From NCBI GenBank assembly GCA_046318155.1, contig JBKCUU010000023.1:1-57228 (forward strand): 57,228 nucleotides of DNA, read 5' to 3'. Below the pieces are notes generated by a model that saw only the letters and a list, made by a program, of their open reading frames with translations, did no database searches and was not told the origin of the DNA. A program made the position numbers and the translations under genes. Below are positions 9,993-18,527 of this stretch, piece by piece. The stretch's first letter is position 1. Every line of letters begins with the position of its first letter. The stretch comes from Bdellovibrio sp. GTDB taxonomy: Bacteria; Bdellovibrionota; Bdellovibrionia; Bdellovibrionales; Bdellovibrionaceae.

Positions 9993-9993
9993 C

Positions 9994-10026
9994 TTGACCT
10001 CCGGTATGGTTCATATTAGTATGAAC
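9994..10026 (+). promoter_or_regulatory. Promoter with overlapping palindromic operator
   Basis: TTGACC(9994)-17 bp-TAGTAT(10017); IR gttcata-N4-tatgaac at 10009-10026. Confidence 0.6.
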
Positions 10027-10029
10027 TAT

Positions 10030-10503
10030 ATGAAAAATCAAGAGCTATCAAAGCTGTGCGACCTGGCAGCCCTTGTAGGCGATTTTATGCGGTACTGGGG
10101 ATTTCGCAAGATTCATGGCGAGATTTGGACCCTGGTTTACCTGACGCAGCATCCACTTTCGGGCGCGGACATCGTAAAATCCCTGGACGTTTCAAAAGCC
10201 TTGGTGAGTCCAGCGCTCAAAGAGCTTGAGGCAGAGGGCCTTATTTTTTTGGCTCCCAGTGAGAACTCCAAAACCAAGCGCTACCAAGCCGAAGAGGATG
10301 TGACCAAAATTATTCGCGGTGTTCTTCAGCGGCGCGAGAGGCCTTTGCTTGATCAGATCCTCAAAGCTTACCAGGCCTTAGAATCACAAAACCCCACGCA
10401 GTCTGCGCTTCAGCGGGAGCGGCTCGAGAAAGTGGGCACCATGATTCAGACGGCGCAGATGGGTCTGCACTTTTTAACGGACTCGGATCAAATGTGGACT
10501 TGA
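10030..10503 (+). CDS. GbsR/MarR family transcriptional regulator
   Basis: YWGFRKIHGEIW...VSKALVS..L.EL winged HTH. Confidence 0.8.
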   Translation: MKNQELSKLCDLAALVGDFMRYWGFRKIHGEIWTLVYLTQHPLSGADIVKSLDVSKALVSPALKELEAEGLIFLAPSENSKTKRYQAEEDVTKIIRGVLQRRERPLLDQILKAYQALESQNPTQSALQRERLEKVGTMIQTAQMGLHFLTDSDQMWT

Positions 10504-10931
10504 GTCATGGCGGGTCGATTTTTGTTTTGCACGTGGTGAGCTGTGCGCTGTTGACCGGGCTGATCTGGGTCATTCAGCTTCTTCATTATCCTGCGTTCGG
10601 GTTGATTCAAAGTGAGCACTTCAAAACGTTTCATACCTTTCACTCAAGGAAAATCAGCTACCTGGTTGTACCATGGATGCTCCTTGAGTTTTTGACGGGG
10701 GTCTGGCTGTTAAAGCTTTCAGCGAATCAGGGCTTTTTTCGGCTGAATCTGTTTTTGATCGTACTTGTTTGGATGAGCACCTTCTTTTTGAGTGTGCCCT
10801 TGCACTCCAAGCTCGCAGAAGGAGCGAATCCTGAATTGGTGAGGCGGTTGGTGAAAACCAACTGGCCTCGCACGTTTTTGTGGTCGGGACGCTTGGTCTT
10901 GCTTCTTCTCTTTTCAATGACTCAAAACTGA
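10494..10931 (+). CDS. Four-TM hypothetical membrane protein
   Basis: GLIWVIQLLHYP, VPLH, NWPRT; hydrophobic helices. Confidence 0.7.
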   Translation: MDLSHGGSIFVLHVVSCALLTGLIWVIQLLHYPAFGLIQSEHFKTFHTFHSRKISYLVVPWMLLEFLTGVWLLKLSANQGFFRLNLFLIVLVWMSTFFLSVPLHSKLAEGANPELVRRLVKTNWPRTFLWSGRLVLLLLFSMTQN

Positions 10932-10950
10932 GAACGGGAACTCTCTTGAT

Positions 10951-11256
10951 ATGGCGACATCCTCAAAATTCCGAGAAAAGCTAGACTTGTTAGAACCCGA
11001 TGACAAAGACCGCATCGTGCGGATGGCTTGGGAAGACCGAACCACGTTTGAAGACATCAAACAGCAGTTTGGTTTAGGCCCAAACGAGGTCGTCAAATTT
11101 ATGCGAACGCAGCTCAGTTCCGAGGCTTTCAAGAGATGGCGGCGCCGGGTCACCGAAGATGGCCACCTCAAACACGAAGCGCGCAGGCCAGACGGCCCGA
11201 AGCGATTCAAATGCTCACGTCAACGTCTCGATGGATCAACAAAAGGCTGGAAGTAA
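10951..11256 (+). CDS. TIGR03643 / DUF2805 family protein
   Basis: RIVRMAWEDRTTFE..I..QFGL...V...MR..L....FKRWRRRV. Confidence 0.9.
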   Translation: MATSSKFREKLDLLEPDDKDRIVRMAWEDRTTFEDIKQQFGLGPNEVVKFMRTQLSSEAFKRWRRRVTEDGHLKHEARRPDGPKRFKCSRQRLDGSTKGWK

Positions 11257-11294
11257 CAACTCAAGACTTCGCTCTCATTCGCAAAGGATCTTAA

Positions 11295-12818
11295 ATGAAA
11301 ACCGAATCCTTCGTCGTAATTCTCGGAAATCAATTGTTCGACCCACAAATTCTTAATGATCGCCTGGGGCCCGATTCCCCGGTCCACGTCTTTATGAGAG
11401 AGGATGCCGAGCTCTGCACTTTCTACCGGTTTCATAAGCAGAAAATAACTTTTTTTCTCGCGGCGATGCGAACCTACGCCGAAGAACTGGAGCAGCAGCA
11501 GCAGTTTAAGGTTCATTACCAAGCCCTGCAGACCGAAGGTGCTCCGCAGTCTTATGAGCAGGCTCTGACGATTTGGCTCAAGAGCCATCAGGTCCCGAAA
11601 GTCTACATGTTTGAGATTGAAGATAAGTTTTTTGAGCGGCGCCTTTTAAGCTTATTTCAGAGTTTGGAAGTCGAATGTGAAATTTTTGAGTCCCCTATGT
11701 TTTTAACCAGCCGGACACAGTTCACTCAGTACCTGAAGAAAAACAAACGTCCCTTTATGAAAACGTTTTATCAAGAACAGCGAGCACGGCTCGGTATTCT
11801 CATCGAGAAAAACGGTCAACCAACAGGCGGGCGTTGGAGCTTTGATGACGAGAATCGAAAAGCCCTGCCCACCTCCATTCAGCCGCCGCCGGTTCCTCGA
11901 GCCAAGACGACGCCCGCGCTCATGGCGGTCGCCGCCCTTTGCGAAAAGATGTTTTCATCTCATCCAGGTGCTGCGGGGCCCTTTTGGTTGCCGGTCGACC
12001 GTGAGGGGGCGAGGTCTTGGCTCGAAGATTTTATCGACGCGCGATTGGCGAGTTTTGGCCCCTACGAGGATGCGATACCTGCGCATTCAGATTTTTTGTT
12101 TCACTCAGTTTTGACTCCGTTCTTGAATACGGGTCTTCTGACCCCTGGTGAGGTCGTCGAGCGGGTGCTTTTCAAAGCGAAGTCAAAAAAAATCCACATC
12201 GCTTCGGTCGAAGGTTTTATTCGACAAGTGATCGGTTGGCGCGAGTTTGTTCGCGGGATTTATCAAAATTTTGGAGCTCAGCAGGCACAAACAAATTTCT
12301 GGAATCATAAAATGAGGCTCTCGGATGTCTGGTATCAAGGCGGCACGGGCATCCCCCCTCTTGATCGCGCTCTTGAGCGCGTGCACCAGCATGGCTATCT
12401 TCACCATATCGAAAGACTCATGGTGGTAGGGAGCCTGATGCTGCTGCTCGAAGTTGATCCCAAAGAGGGACATCGGTGGTTTATGGAGATGTTCATTGAT
12501 TCCTCAAATTGGGTGATGGGACCAAATGTCTATGGCATGGCCCTGTTCTCGGACGGCGGCATCTTTGCGACGAAGCCGTACATTTGTGGCTCCAATTATT
12601 ACCGCAAAATGGGCGGCGATAAAAAAGGCGATTGGTGCGAGGGCGTCGACGGCTTGTACTGGAGCTTTATCCAAAAGCACCAAAACTTCTTTCTGAAAAA
12701 TCCCCGGTTGTCGATGATGGCTCGGTCCGTTCAAAAAATGGATCCACACCGATTGGCTTCGATCACGGCTGCCGCTGACGAGCTGAGATCTCGGTTAGTG
12801 CGAAACCCCGCAAATTAA
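11295..12818 (+). CDS. Cryptochrome/photolyase family protein, bacterial (6-4) photolyase (PhrB-like) clade
   Basis: ILGNQLF, HKQK, GGRWSFDDENR, FGPYEDA, EGFIRQVIGWREF, HHIERLM, KPY. Confidence 0.9.
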   Translation: MKTESFVVILGNQLFDPQILNDRLGPDSPVHVFMREDAELCTFYRFHKQKITFFLAAMRTYAEELEQQQQFKVHYQALQTEGAPQSYEQALTIWLKSHQVPKVYMFEIEDKFFERRLLSLFQSLEVECEIFESPMFLTSRTQFTQYLKKNKRPFMKTFYQEQRARLGILIEKNGQPTGGRWSFDDENRKALPTSIQPPPVPRAKTTPALMAVAALCEKMFSSHPGAAGPFWLPVDREGARSWLEDFIDARLASFGPYEDAIPAHSDFLFHSVLTPFLNTGLLTPGEVVERVLFKAKSKKIHIASVEGFIRQVIGWREFVRGIYQNFGAQQAQTNFWNHKMRLSDVWYQGGTGIPPLDRALERVHQHGYLHHIERLMVVGSLMLLLEVDPKEGHRWFMEMFIDSSNWVMGPNVYGMALFSDGGIFATKPYICGSNYYRKMGGDKKGDWCEGVDGLYWSFIQKHQNFFLKNPRLSMMARSVQKMDPHRLASITAAADELRSRLVRNPAN

Positions 12819-12843
12819 ACGGGGAAGGGCCCTGCGCGAACTT

Positions 12844-15147
12844 TTAGGGTTTTGCCCAAGCCACGGCGTAGGCGATCGTATACTGACCCTTTCGCTCGGT
12901 CTCGCGGATATAAAACGGCAGTTCCGTTTCGACCACTTTTTGCCAACCCTTGGCCAGAAAAAACTCGGTGAGAGCGCGCTCTGACGAAACAAATTCGCCG
13001 TCAATTTGCCGAGCGCCGATCCACTTGTTTTTATTGGTGTACTCTTCAAGCCAGGTAAAGGGCGTCGTTAAAACCAAGACGCCCTTGGAGTTGATGCGCT
13101 CACAAATATGTTCAAGAAAAATCGAGGGGTCGTGCAACCGGTCGATCAAGTTCGCGGCCAGCACCAGATCCAGATGTTTAAAATCTTTTGAAAGATTATG
13201 CGCATCTCCTTGTGAAAAGTGAATGCGGTCAAAAATCGAAGCGTCCAAGTTTAAATCGGCCGCCGCGATAAAGCGGTGGTGATCAATCGAGCCTTGCTTC
13301 GGAATCGAGTACCCGATCGAACCGGTCAGCTGCAGACGCTGCGCCATTTGAATAAACTTGGTGCTAAAATCAACACCTAAAACTTTTGAGTTGGGGCTGA
13401 GCCGTGCAAGTTCAAAGCTCGCGCGCCCGGTGGCGCAGCCGATATCGGCCAGCAAAAGTGGTTCCGTGTTTGGGTTGGCCTTTTTGTAAGCGCCGATCGC
13501 GAGCTCTGCACAACGGAGCGAGAAATTCTTTTTTGCGGGTTCGGGCACATGCTGGCTGGCCGGGCCGTAGTGAAACTCATTGTAAAGACCCGTCATCGCA
13601 TCGGATTCATAAACAGCGCCGCCATCACCGGCCGATTCGGTATTGGCTTGATTTGCTGGAGCTAAGACCAATCGAATGCCGGCAAATTGATAGAAATGCC
13701 GCCGAAAAGCGTAGCGCGCATGCATGGTTTCTTCGTTTCCAGCCGAGGCAAACGACCCCCCCATAATCATCGCGTGCTGACCATCAAAGGTCGGAATCGT
13801 GAAGTCTTCATAGACGGGATGGGTTTCAAAATTTTTAAAGGGGTAGGTGCAACTGCTCGCACACTGCCATAAATTTCCACTCAAGGGATTGGTCATCAAG
13901 TTGTTCGAGCAGGCGCGGGTACTGCCTAGGCTTAAGCCCGTGTTGGCTGTTTCGCTTCGTAAAAGAGAGGAGGGTTCCAAGTTCTGACGGCTGTGAAAAA
14001 ATTCAGCCTCGGTGGGGAGCTTCCACGCCCACTCCGACCCCGGTTGCTCGGAGACGAGTTTGCGATTGAGCCAGTGAACGTAAGCCTCGGCTTCAAAGTA
14101 GTTGACCTCAACGGGATGGTCCCAGGGCATCTCGATCTCACTAAACAAGAGGCGCAGCTTGGTCCCTTCTTGGTTCCAAAAAAGTGGTCGTTTGAAACTT
14201 CGCTCCGATTGAGCCCAAGTCCATCCATTGGGAGACCAAAGCGATCGATCATTGTACGCGTCGTCTTTCCAAAAACTGAAGAACTCGGCGTTGGTAATCA
14301 GGCAATTCTTCATGAGGAAGGGACTTAAGTCTCGCGAGTCGTTCCCAAACTCATTGTCCCACCCGTAGAAGCTGTGCGGAGCGGTTGCATTCATGAGACC
14401 CCGTCCCAGGTTCACCTTGCCGCCAGGAAGCCGAGTGAGGCCGACGCCACTCGCCTCCGTCTTGTCGGGTAAGCTCACGCGTGTGAGGGCGAGCGCTTCT
14501 CGTTGAGAGGTCACGTAAGAAGCACCGATTTGTTGCAAGCCGCTTTGAAAAAACTGTGCTTCGGGGTGAGCTTCGAGAAACAGGGTTTCTGTCGGTGTTC
14601 GCACAAAGTCCAAAGGCAGGCGACGCAAGATAACCGCAGACGTCTCAAGGTGAATGCGTTCATGCTCAATGCACATCATAAGGATCCACCACGGAGAGTT
14701 CGGGACAAAGTCATCCGGAGTTTCGAGTGCCTCAATAAAATTTAAGATCAAGTGCCGAACCTCTTGGCGGTAGGCCCGCATTTCGATGTGGGTCGGCCAC
14801 GAAAAATCATCGGGTAAAATCTCATCCCAAGTCATCTCATCAACGCCAGTTGCGACGAGACTCTCGATGCGGCCATCAACCCGGCGGCGAGAATCGATCA
14901 GGCCCGCCGTCGTGAGTTTATTAACAAAAAAAGCCGCTGTGTGTCCGTAATAAAAAATCAGGGGCTGCCGAAGCGGTTCGGCCCGGTAGGTCCAAGACTT
15001 GTCTGCAGCCAGAGCCGAGAACAGCTGCTCGTAGGCGTCAAAGGTTTCTTGATAGTAGGTTTTAACCGTTTGCTTCCACTGCGCCTTTTGGTGATTATAG
15101 AAGCGCGGTGTGGATGAGAGGCGATTGCGGATGGATAGAGAAGTCAT
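12844..15147 (-). CDS. ovoA: 5-histidylcysteine sulfoxide synthase / methyltransferase (ovothiol biosynthesis)
   Basis: PLIFYYGHT, GVDEMTWD, Fe motif HERIHLE, YGWDNE, YEDF..PTFD, RYAFRRHF; C-terminal MTase EFHYG, DIGCATGR, ANLIDRL. Confidence 0.9.
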   Translation of the reverse strand: MTSLSIRNRLSSTPRFYNHQKAQWKQTVKTYYQETFDAYEQLFSALAADKSWTYRAEPLRQPLIFYYGHTAAFFVNKLTTAGLIDSRRRVDGRIESLVATGVDEMTWDEILPDDFSWPTHIEMRAYRQEVRHLILNFIEALETPDDFVPNSPWWILMMCIEHERIHLETSAVILRRLPLDFVRTPTETLFLEAHPEAQFFQSGLQQIGASYVTSQREALALTRVSLPDKTEASGVGLTRLPGGKVNLGRGLMNATAPHSFYGWDNEFGNDSRDLSPFLMKNCLITNAEFFSFWKDDAYNDRSLWSPNGWTWAQSERSFKRPLFWNQEGTKLRLLFSEIEMPWDHPVEVNYFEAEAYVHWLNRKLVSEQPGSEWAWKLPTEAEFFHSRQNLEPSSLLRSETANTGLSLGSTRACSNNLMTNPLSGNLWQCASSCTYPFKNFETHPVYEDFTIPTFDGQHAMIMGGSFASAGNEETMHARYAFRRHFYQFAGIRLVLAPANQANTESAGDGGAVYESDAMTGLYNEFHYGPASQHVPEPAKKNFSLRCAELAIGAYKKANPNTEPLLLADIGCATGRASFELARLSPNSKVLGVDFSTKFIQMAQRLQLTGSIGYSIPKQGSIDHHRFIAAADLNLDASIFDRIHFSQGDAHNLSKDFKHLDLVLAANLIDRLHDPSIFLEHICERINSKGVLVLTTPFTWLEEYTNKNKWIGARQIDGEFVSSERALTEFFLAKGWQKVVETELPFYIRETERKGQYTIAYAVAWAKP

Positions 15148-15174
15148 CGTGATTGTTTCTTGTAGAAAGGTTTT

Positions 15175-16296
15175 TTGAGTACAACAACATTTCGCTCTCA
15201 ATTTTTCAATAATTTTGCTCACATCCACCTCAACAACGCAGGCTTAGCTCCCATCTCATATGTAGCTAGACAGAAAATTCACGACTGGGCGGATCAGTTT
15301 TATCGCGAAGGCTTTGCGAGCGATGCCGAATATGTGGCTGAAGCCTTGGCATCAAAGGCCCACTTGTCTCGGCTGCTCGGCTGCGAACCCAGCGACGTCG
15401 CTTTTTTTAGCTCGACGGCGGGAGGGGTGAATCAAGTGGCTTTTGGTTTAGACTTGCAAAGTGATGACGAAGTTTTAGTTTTGGATCAGGATTACTCCAG
15501 CCTCCTCTACCCCTTTCTTTTTGCCTGTAAAAATCGCGGTGCCAAACTGAGGACGGTTGCAAGTGAGCCCGATTTTTCGATCAACCTCGAGCGGTTGATA
15601 TCGGCCCTATCGGCAAAAACAAAAGTCTTGGCGCTGTCATGGGTTCAGTACCAAACGGGTGCTCAGCTGGATTTCAAAACACTGATCCACGAAGCCAAAG
15701 CCAGGGGTGTTTTTGTTTTTGTCGATGTGATGCAAGGAGTGGGATTGCATCCCTGTGATCTTTGGAGTTGGGGCGTCGACGCCATGGTGGGCGGAAGCCA
15801 CAAGTGGCTCGTCAGTCCCGTCGGGGTTGGTTACCTGGCGCTCAGGCCCGAGTGGGTTTTGAAAATGCAGCCGCTTCTTTATGGATCTGGGACTTTTGGC
15901 AGTTGCGATGAGCCGTCTAATTTTGCCTGTGCACCAAAATTAGACGCTTCAAAATTTGAACCAGGCTCTCGGCAAATTCTTGAAATCACGGCGCTCGGTG
16001 CCTCGTGCAAAATGATCCATGAGTTTGGAGTGCCCTTAATCCAAGCTGAAAGCCTGCGGCTTGCGCAGCGTCTGCGAAGTGGCTTGCGTGATTTGGGTTA
16101 CCGGTTGCAAACGCCTGCTGGGCCTTGGCCCAACAGCATCGTCAACTTTGTGGCTGATCAAGAACGAATGAACGAGATTCGAGAAATTTTTGACAAGAAT
16201 AAAATTCTCTCTGCTATTCGGGCGGGGGGCATTCGCTTGTCGCCTCATGCTTTCAATAGCGATGACGAAATCGACAAGGTTCTTAATTTTTTGTAA
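15175..16296 (+). CDS. Aminotransferase class V PLP-dependent enzyme (C-S lyase / cysteine-desulfurase-like)
   Basis: HLNNAG, D..Q, SHKW PLP lysine, IRLSPHAFN; lacks the catalytic-Cys loop of IscS/SufS. Confidence 0.85.
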   Translation: MSTTTFRSQFFNNFAHIHLNNAGLAPISYVARQKIHDWADQFYREGFASDAEYVAEALASKAHLSRLLGCEPSDVAFFSSTAGGVNQVAFGLDLQSDDEVLVLDQDYSSLLYPFLFACKNRGAKLRTVASEPDFSINLERLISALSAKTKVLALSWVQYQTGAQLDFKTLIHEAKARGVFVFVDVMQGVGLHPCDLWSWGVDAMVGGSHKWLVSPVGVGYLALRPEWVLKMQPLLYGSGTFGSCDEPSNFACAPKLDASKFEPGSRQILEITALGASCKMIHEFGVPLIQAESLRLAQRLRSGLRDLGYRLQTPAGPWPNSIVNFVADQERMNEIREIFDKNKILSAIRAGGIRLSPHAFNSDDEIDKVLNFL

Positions 16297-16466
16297 CGAG
16301 GATTCAAAGCAAAACTAAATCTGCAAAACTGTTTGCGCCAGGCGCAGGTTTCCGCTGTTGACGCACCATTTTATGAACGTCGCGGGTGACACCTGCGCCT
16401 CCCGCGGCCGCTTAAAGTCAAAGCTTATCAAAGACTTAGTCGCTCGAGTTGTCAGCATCTGGACCA

Positions 16467-16508
16467 ATTACTACAAGCGTAGTTGACAAGAACTACGTTT
16501 GTAGTAAT
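16467..16508. promoter_or_regulatory. Double BlaI/CopY-type operator overlapping the promoter
   Basis: attactacaagcgtagtt / aactacgtttgtagtaat inverted pair (1 mismatch) around TTGACA. Confidence 0.75.
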
Positions 16509-16517
16509 ACTTCTTGC

Positions 16518-16913
16518 ATGGGTCATAAACTTTCGGACGTCGGTCCACTCGAACTTAAAGTGCTTGGCGTGCTCAACACCGAAGCCAGTAGACCGGTGTC
16601 TGACATCCAGGTGATTCTTAAAAAGCAGGGGCATGACCTTGCTTACACCACCGTGATGACCGTGCTGGTTCGCCTTTTTAACAAGGGGCTGGTCGAGCGC
16701 CAAAAAGAGGGACGTCAATTTCTTTACTCACCCGCCAAAAAAAATTCGGCGCCATTCAAAATCTTCGAACGCATGAAAACTTCGCTTTTTGGCAATGAAA
16801 AGTTGCAGCCCATTTTGGGTCTCCTACAATCTGATGATGGGCTTTCTCGCCAAGAGCTTGAGGAGCTCAAACGAGTTGTGGATGCTCGGCTGAGCAAGAG
16901 TAAGCAAAAATGA
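16518..16913 (+). CDS. BlaI/MecI/CopY family transcriptional repressor
   Basis: GPLELKVL, LAYTTVMTVL.RL..KG.V.R. Confidence 0.9.
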   Translation: MGHKLSDVGPLELKVLGVLNTEASRPVSDIQVILKKQGHDLAYTTVMTVLVRLFNKGLVERQKEGRQFLYSPAKKNSAPFKIFERMKTSLFGNEKLQPILGLLQSDDGLSRQELEELKRVVDARLSKSKQK

Positions 16914-17322
16914 CTTTTATCTTCTTTAACCTTTTGGTGAATTCAATCTTGTCTCTCCTGATCGGCTTGATGGTCGTCTATTTTTTCATCTGGTTTTTTA
17001 GAATTGAAATGGGCCGCTGGAACATGTTTTTGCTCTCGCTTCCGTTCGTTAAAATTGTTTATGATTTTGCTCGTGGGGTACCCGAGAAGTCGGTGCTGTT
17101 TTCTGGCGTTGATCCCTTTAGCCTTCCACCAAAGCATCAGTTGCTTTCGATCGGGGCGGGATCCGATGTGCTGTCACTTTGTTGATTGCGGTCGTCGTCT
17201 TGAATTCAGTTTTTGGCGGCAATTTTACAAGTCAAGACGTGATGAAGGCGCCGACCTGGCTTGAGAGCATGCTCGAAACATCGTGTTTGTGTGTGGGCCA
17301 CCAGTTTTACGTGCAAGCTTAG
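16910..17322 (+). pseudogene. Remnant of a BlaR/M56-type sensor-protease (internal deletion plus frameshift)
   Basis: Coupled to blaI (ATGA overlap); TM N-terminus stops at 91 aa; an out-of-frame hydrophobic tail VTLLIAVVVLNSVFGG..* follows; no HExxH left. Confidence 0.5.
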
Positions 17323-17350
17323 GCGAAACTGGAGCTGCATTTTTTTAGAC

Positions 17351-17371
17351 TATAATACTACATATGTAGTA
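17351..17371 (+). promoter_or_regulatory. Further BlaI-type operator next to a -10 box
   Basis: TATAAT at 17351-56; perfect palindrome tactacatatgtagta at 17356-17371. Confidence 0.75.
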
Positions 17372-17390
17372 ATTAACACAGGAGACGTCA

Positions 17391-17762
17391 GTGAGAAATA
17401 GCAATGCAATTTGGATCGTGCTCAGTGTGCTGCTTTTGGCAGGGGCTGCTCAGGCCCAGAGCAAAGTTGTTCGTGCGACAGAGATGGGACCGTCAGGCTG
17501 GTCGGTGGGTGCCCAGCAACTGTACGCGCCGGTACGTATTGTTGGAATAGGCGTAGCGCTCGAGCAGCGAGCCGACGGGACTATTCAAGTCAATGCTGTG
17601 ATCCCGAATGCCCCTTCCGAGAAAGCGGGAATGGCACCGGGGGATGAGATTCTTGAAGTGCAATCGCGGCCCGGCCTTCCCGCGGTCGAAGTCAGGCTTT
17701 TGCCACTGGCGGACGTGGTGGCTTTGATCCGAGGACCTATCGGTGTCCGGCCTTTGCTTTAA
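17391..17762 (+). CDS. Secreted PDZ-domain protein (possibly chimeric or truncated)
   Basis: AGGAG SD, signal peptide AQA, GIGV..., P.EKAGM.PGDEI..V, IRG. Confidence 0.65.
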   Translation: MRNSNAIWIVLSVLLLAGAAQAQSKVVRATEMGPSGWSVGAQQLYAPVRIVGIGVALEQRADGTIQVNAVIPNAPSEKAGMAPGDEILEVQSRPGLPAVEVRLLPLADVVALIRGPIGVRPLL

Positions 17763-17795
17763 AAACGCAGCAGCTCTCGAGAGCGTCGATGGGCT

Positions 17796-18434
17796 CTAGT
17801 TTTTTAAACCTCGCATGACCAAAGCGGTCGTTCGCTCAATCACCGCTTTAGAGACCTTGAGATCGGAGCAGAAGCGACTATCAAGATTTCCATTCACCAT
17901 CAGTGAGGCCAGCCCATGAACAGTCGACCAAGCGGTGATGGCAATGGCTTCTGTGTCTTTGTTTTTAAACTTCCCTTTTTTCTGATTCTGAGCAACACAG
18001 CCCAACAGCAACTGGTAAGAACGCTCATCTTCGGGGCGGGGCTCGAGCTTATTATCTTGTCTCTTGGAGACATGCAGATCGGAATGAAACATCACCCGAA
18101 AATAAACAGGATTCTCGATCGCAAACTCCACGTAGACAGTTCCAAGGGCTTCCAAATCTGAGGGGTCATCTCTTAACACATGTTCAAATCGGCCGCTGAG
18201 CTGCTCGAATCCCTCACGCGCGATCTCAAGCAGAATCGACTCTTTGGACGGGTAATGGCGGTAAGCGGCCATGGGGGTCACGCCCACCGTCTTTGCCAGT
18301 TCTCGCATCGAGAAGTCCACCTCATTTGACTTCTTGATGGAGGCAAACGCAGCGCTGATCAGAGCTTCTTTCAGATTCCCATGCTGATACGAGCCCTTTT
18401 GTTTCTTTTCTGGTTTCTTTTGAATCCCGCTCAT
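17796..18434 (-). CDS. TetR/AcrR family regulator (WHG-type C-domain)
   Basis: YQHGNLK, FSMRELAK..GVT..A.YRHY..K, WSTVHG. Confidence 0.92.
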   Translation of the reverse strand: MSGIQKKPEKKQKGSYQHGNLKEALISAAFASIKKSNEVDFSMRELAKTVGVTPMAAYRHYPSKESILLEIAREGFEQLSGRFEHVLRDDPSDLEALGTVYVEFAIENPVYFRVMFHSDLHVSKRQDNKLEPRPEDERSYQLLLGCVAQNQKKGKFKNKDTEAIAITAWSTVHGLASLMVNGNLDSRFCSDLKVSKAVIERTTALVMRGLKN

Positions 18435-18484
18435 GCTTGAATTTTCTCAGTCTTTACGTTGTTTTACAACAGCAATATTAAAAT

Positions 18485-18520
18485 GTATACAACGTACAAA
18501 TATAAGTCTACAATGTAGAC
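18485..18520. promoter_or_regulatory. Putative TetR operators
   Basis: Palindrome gtctaca-a-tgtagac (18506-20) and degenerate copy gtatacaacgtacaa 21 bp upstream, between the divergent genes. Confidence 0.6.
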
Positions 18521-18527
18521 ATACAGG

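Noticed and set aside
15148..15228. N-terminal extension of OvoA containing CCC
   Set aside because: Overlaps the divergent gene; ATG 15147 is the more plausible start.
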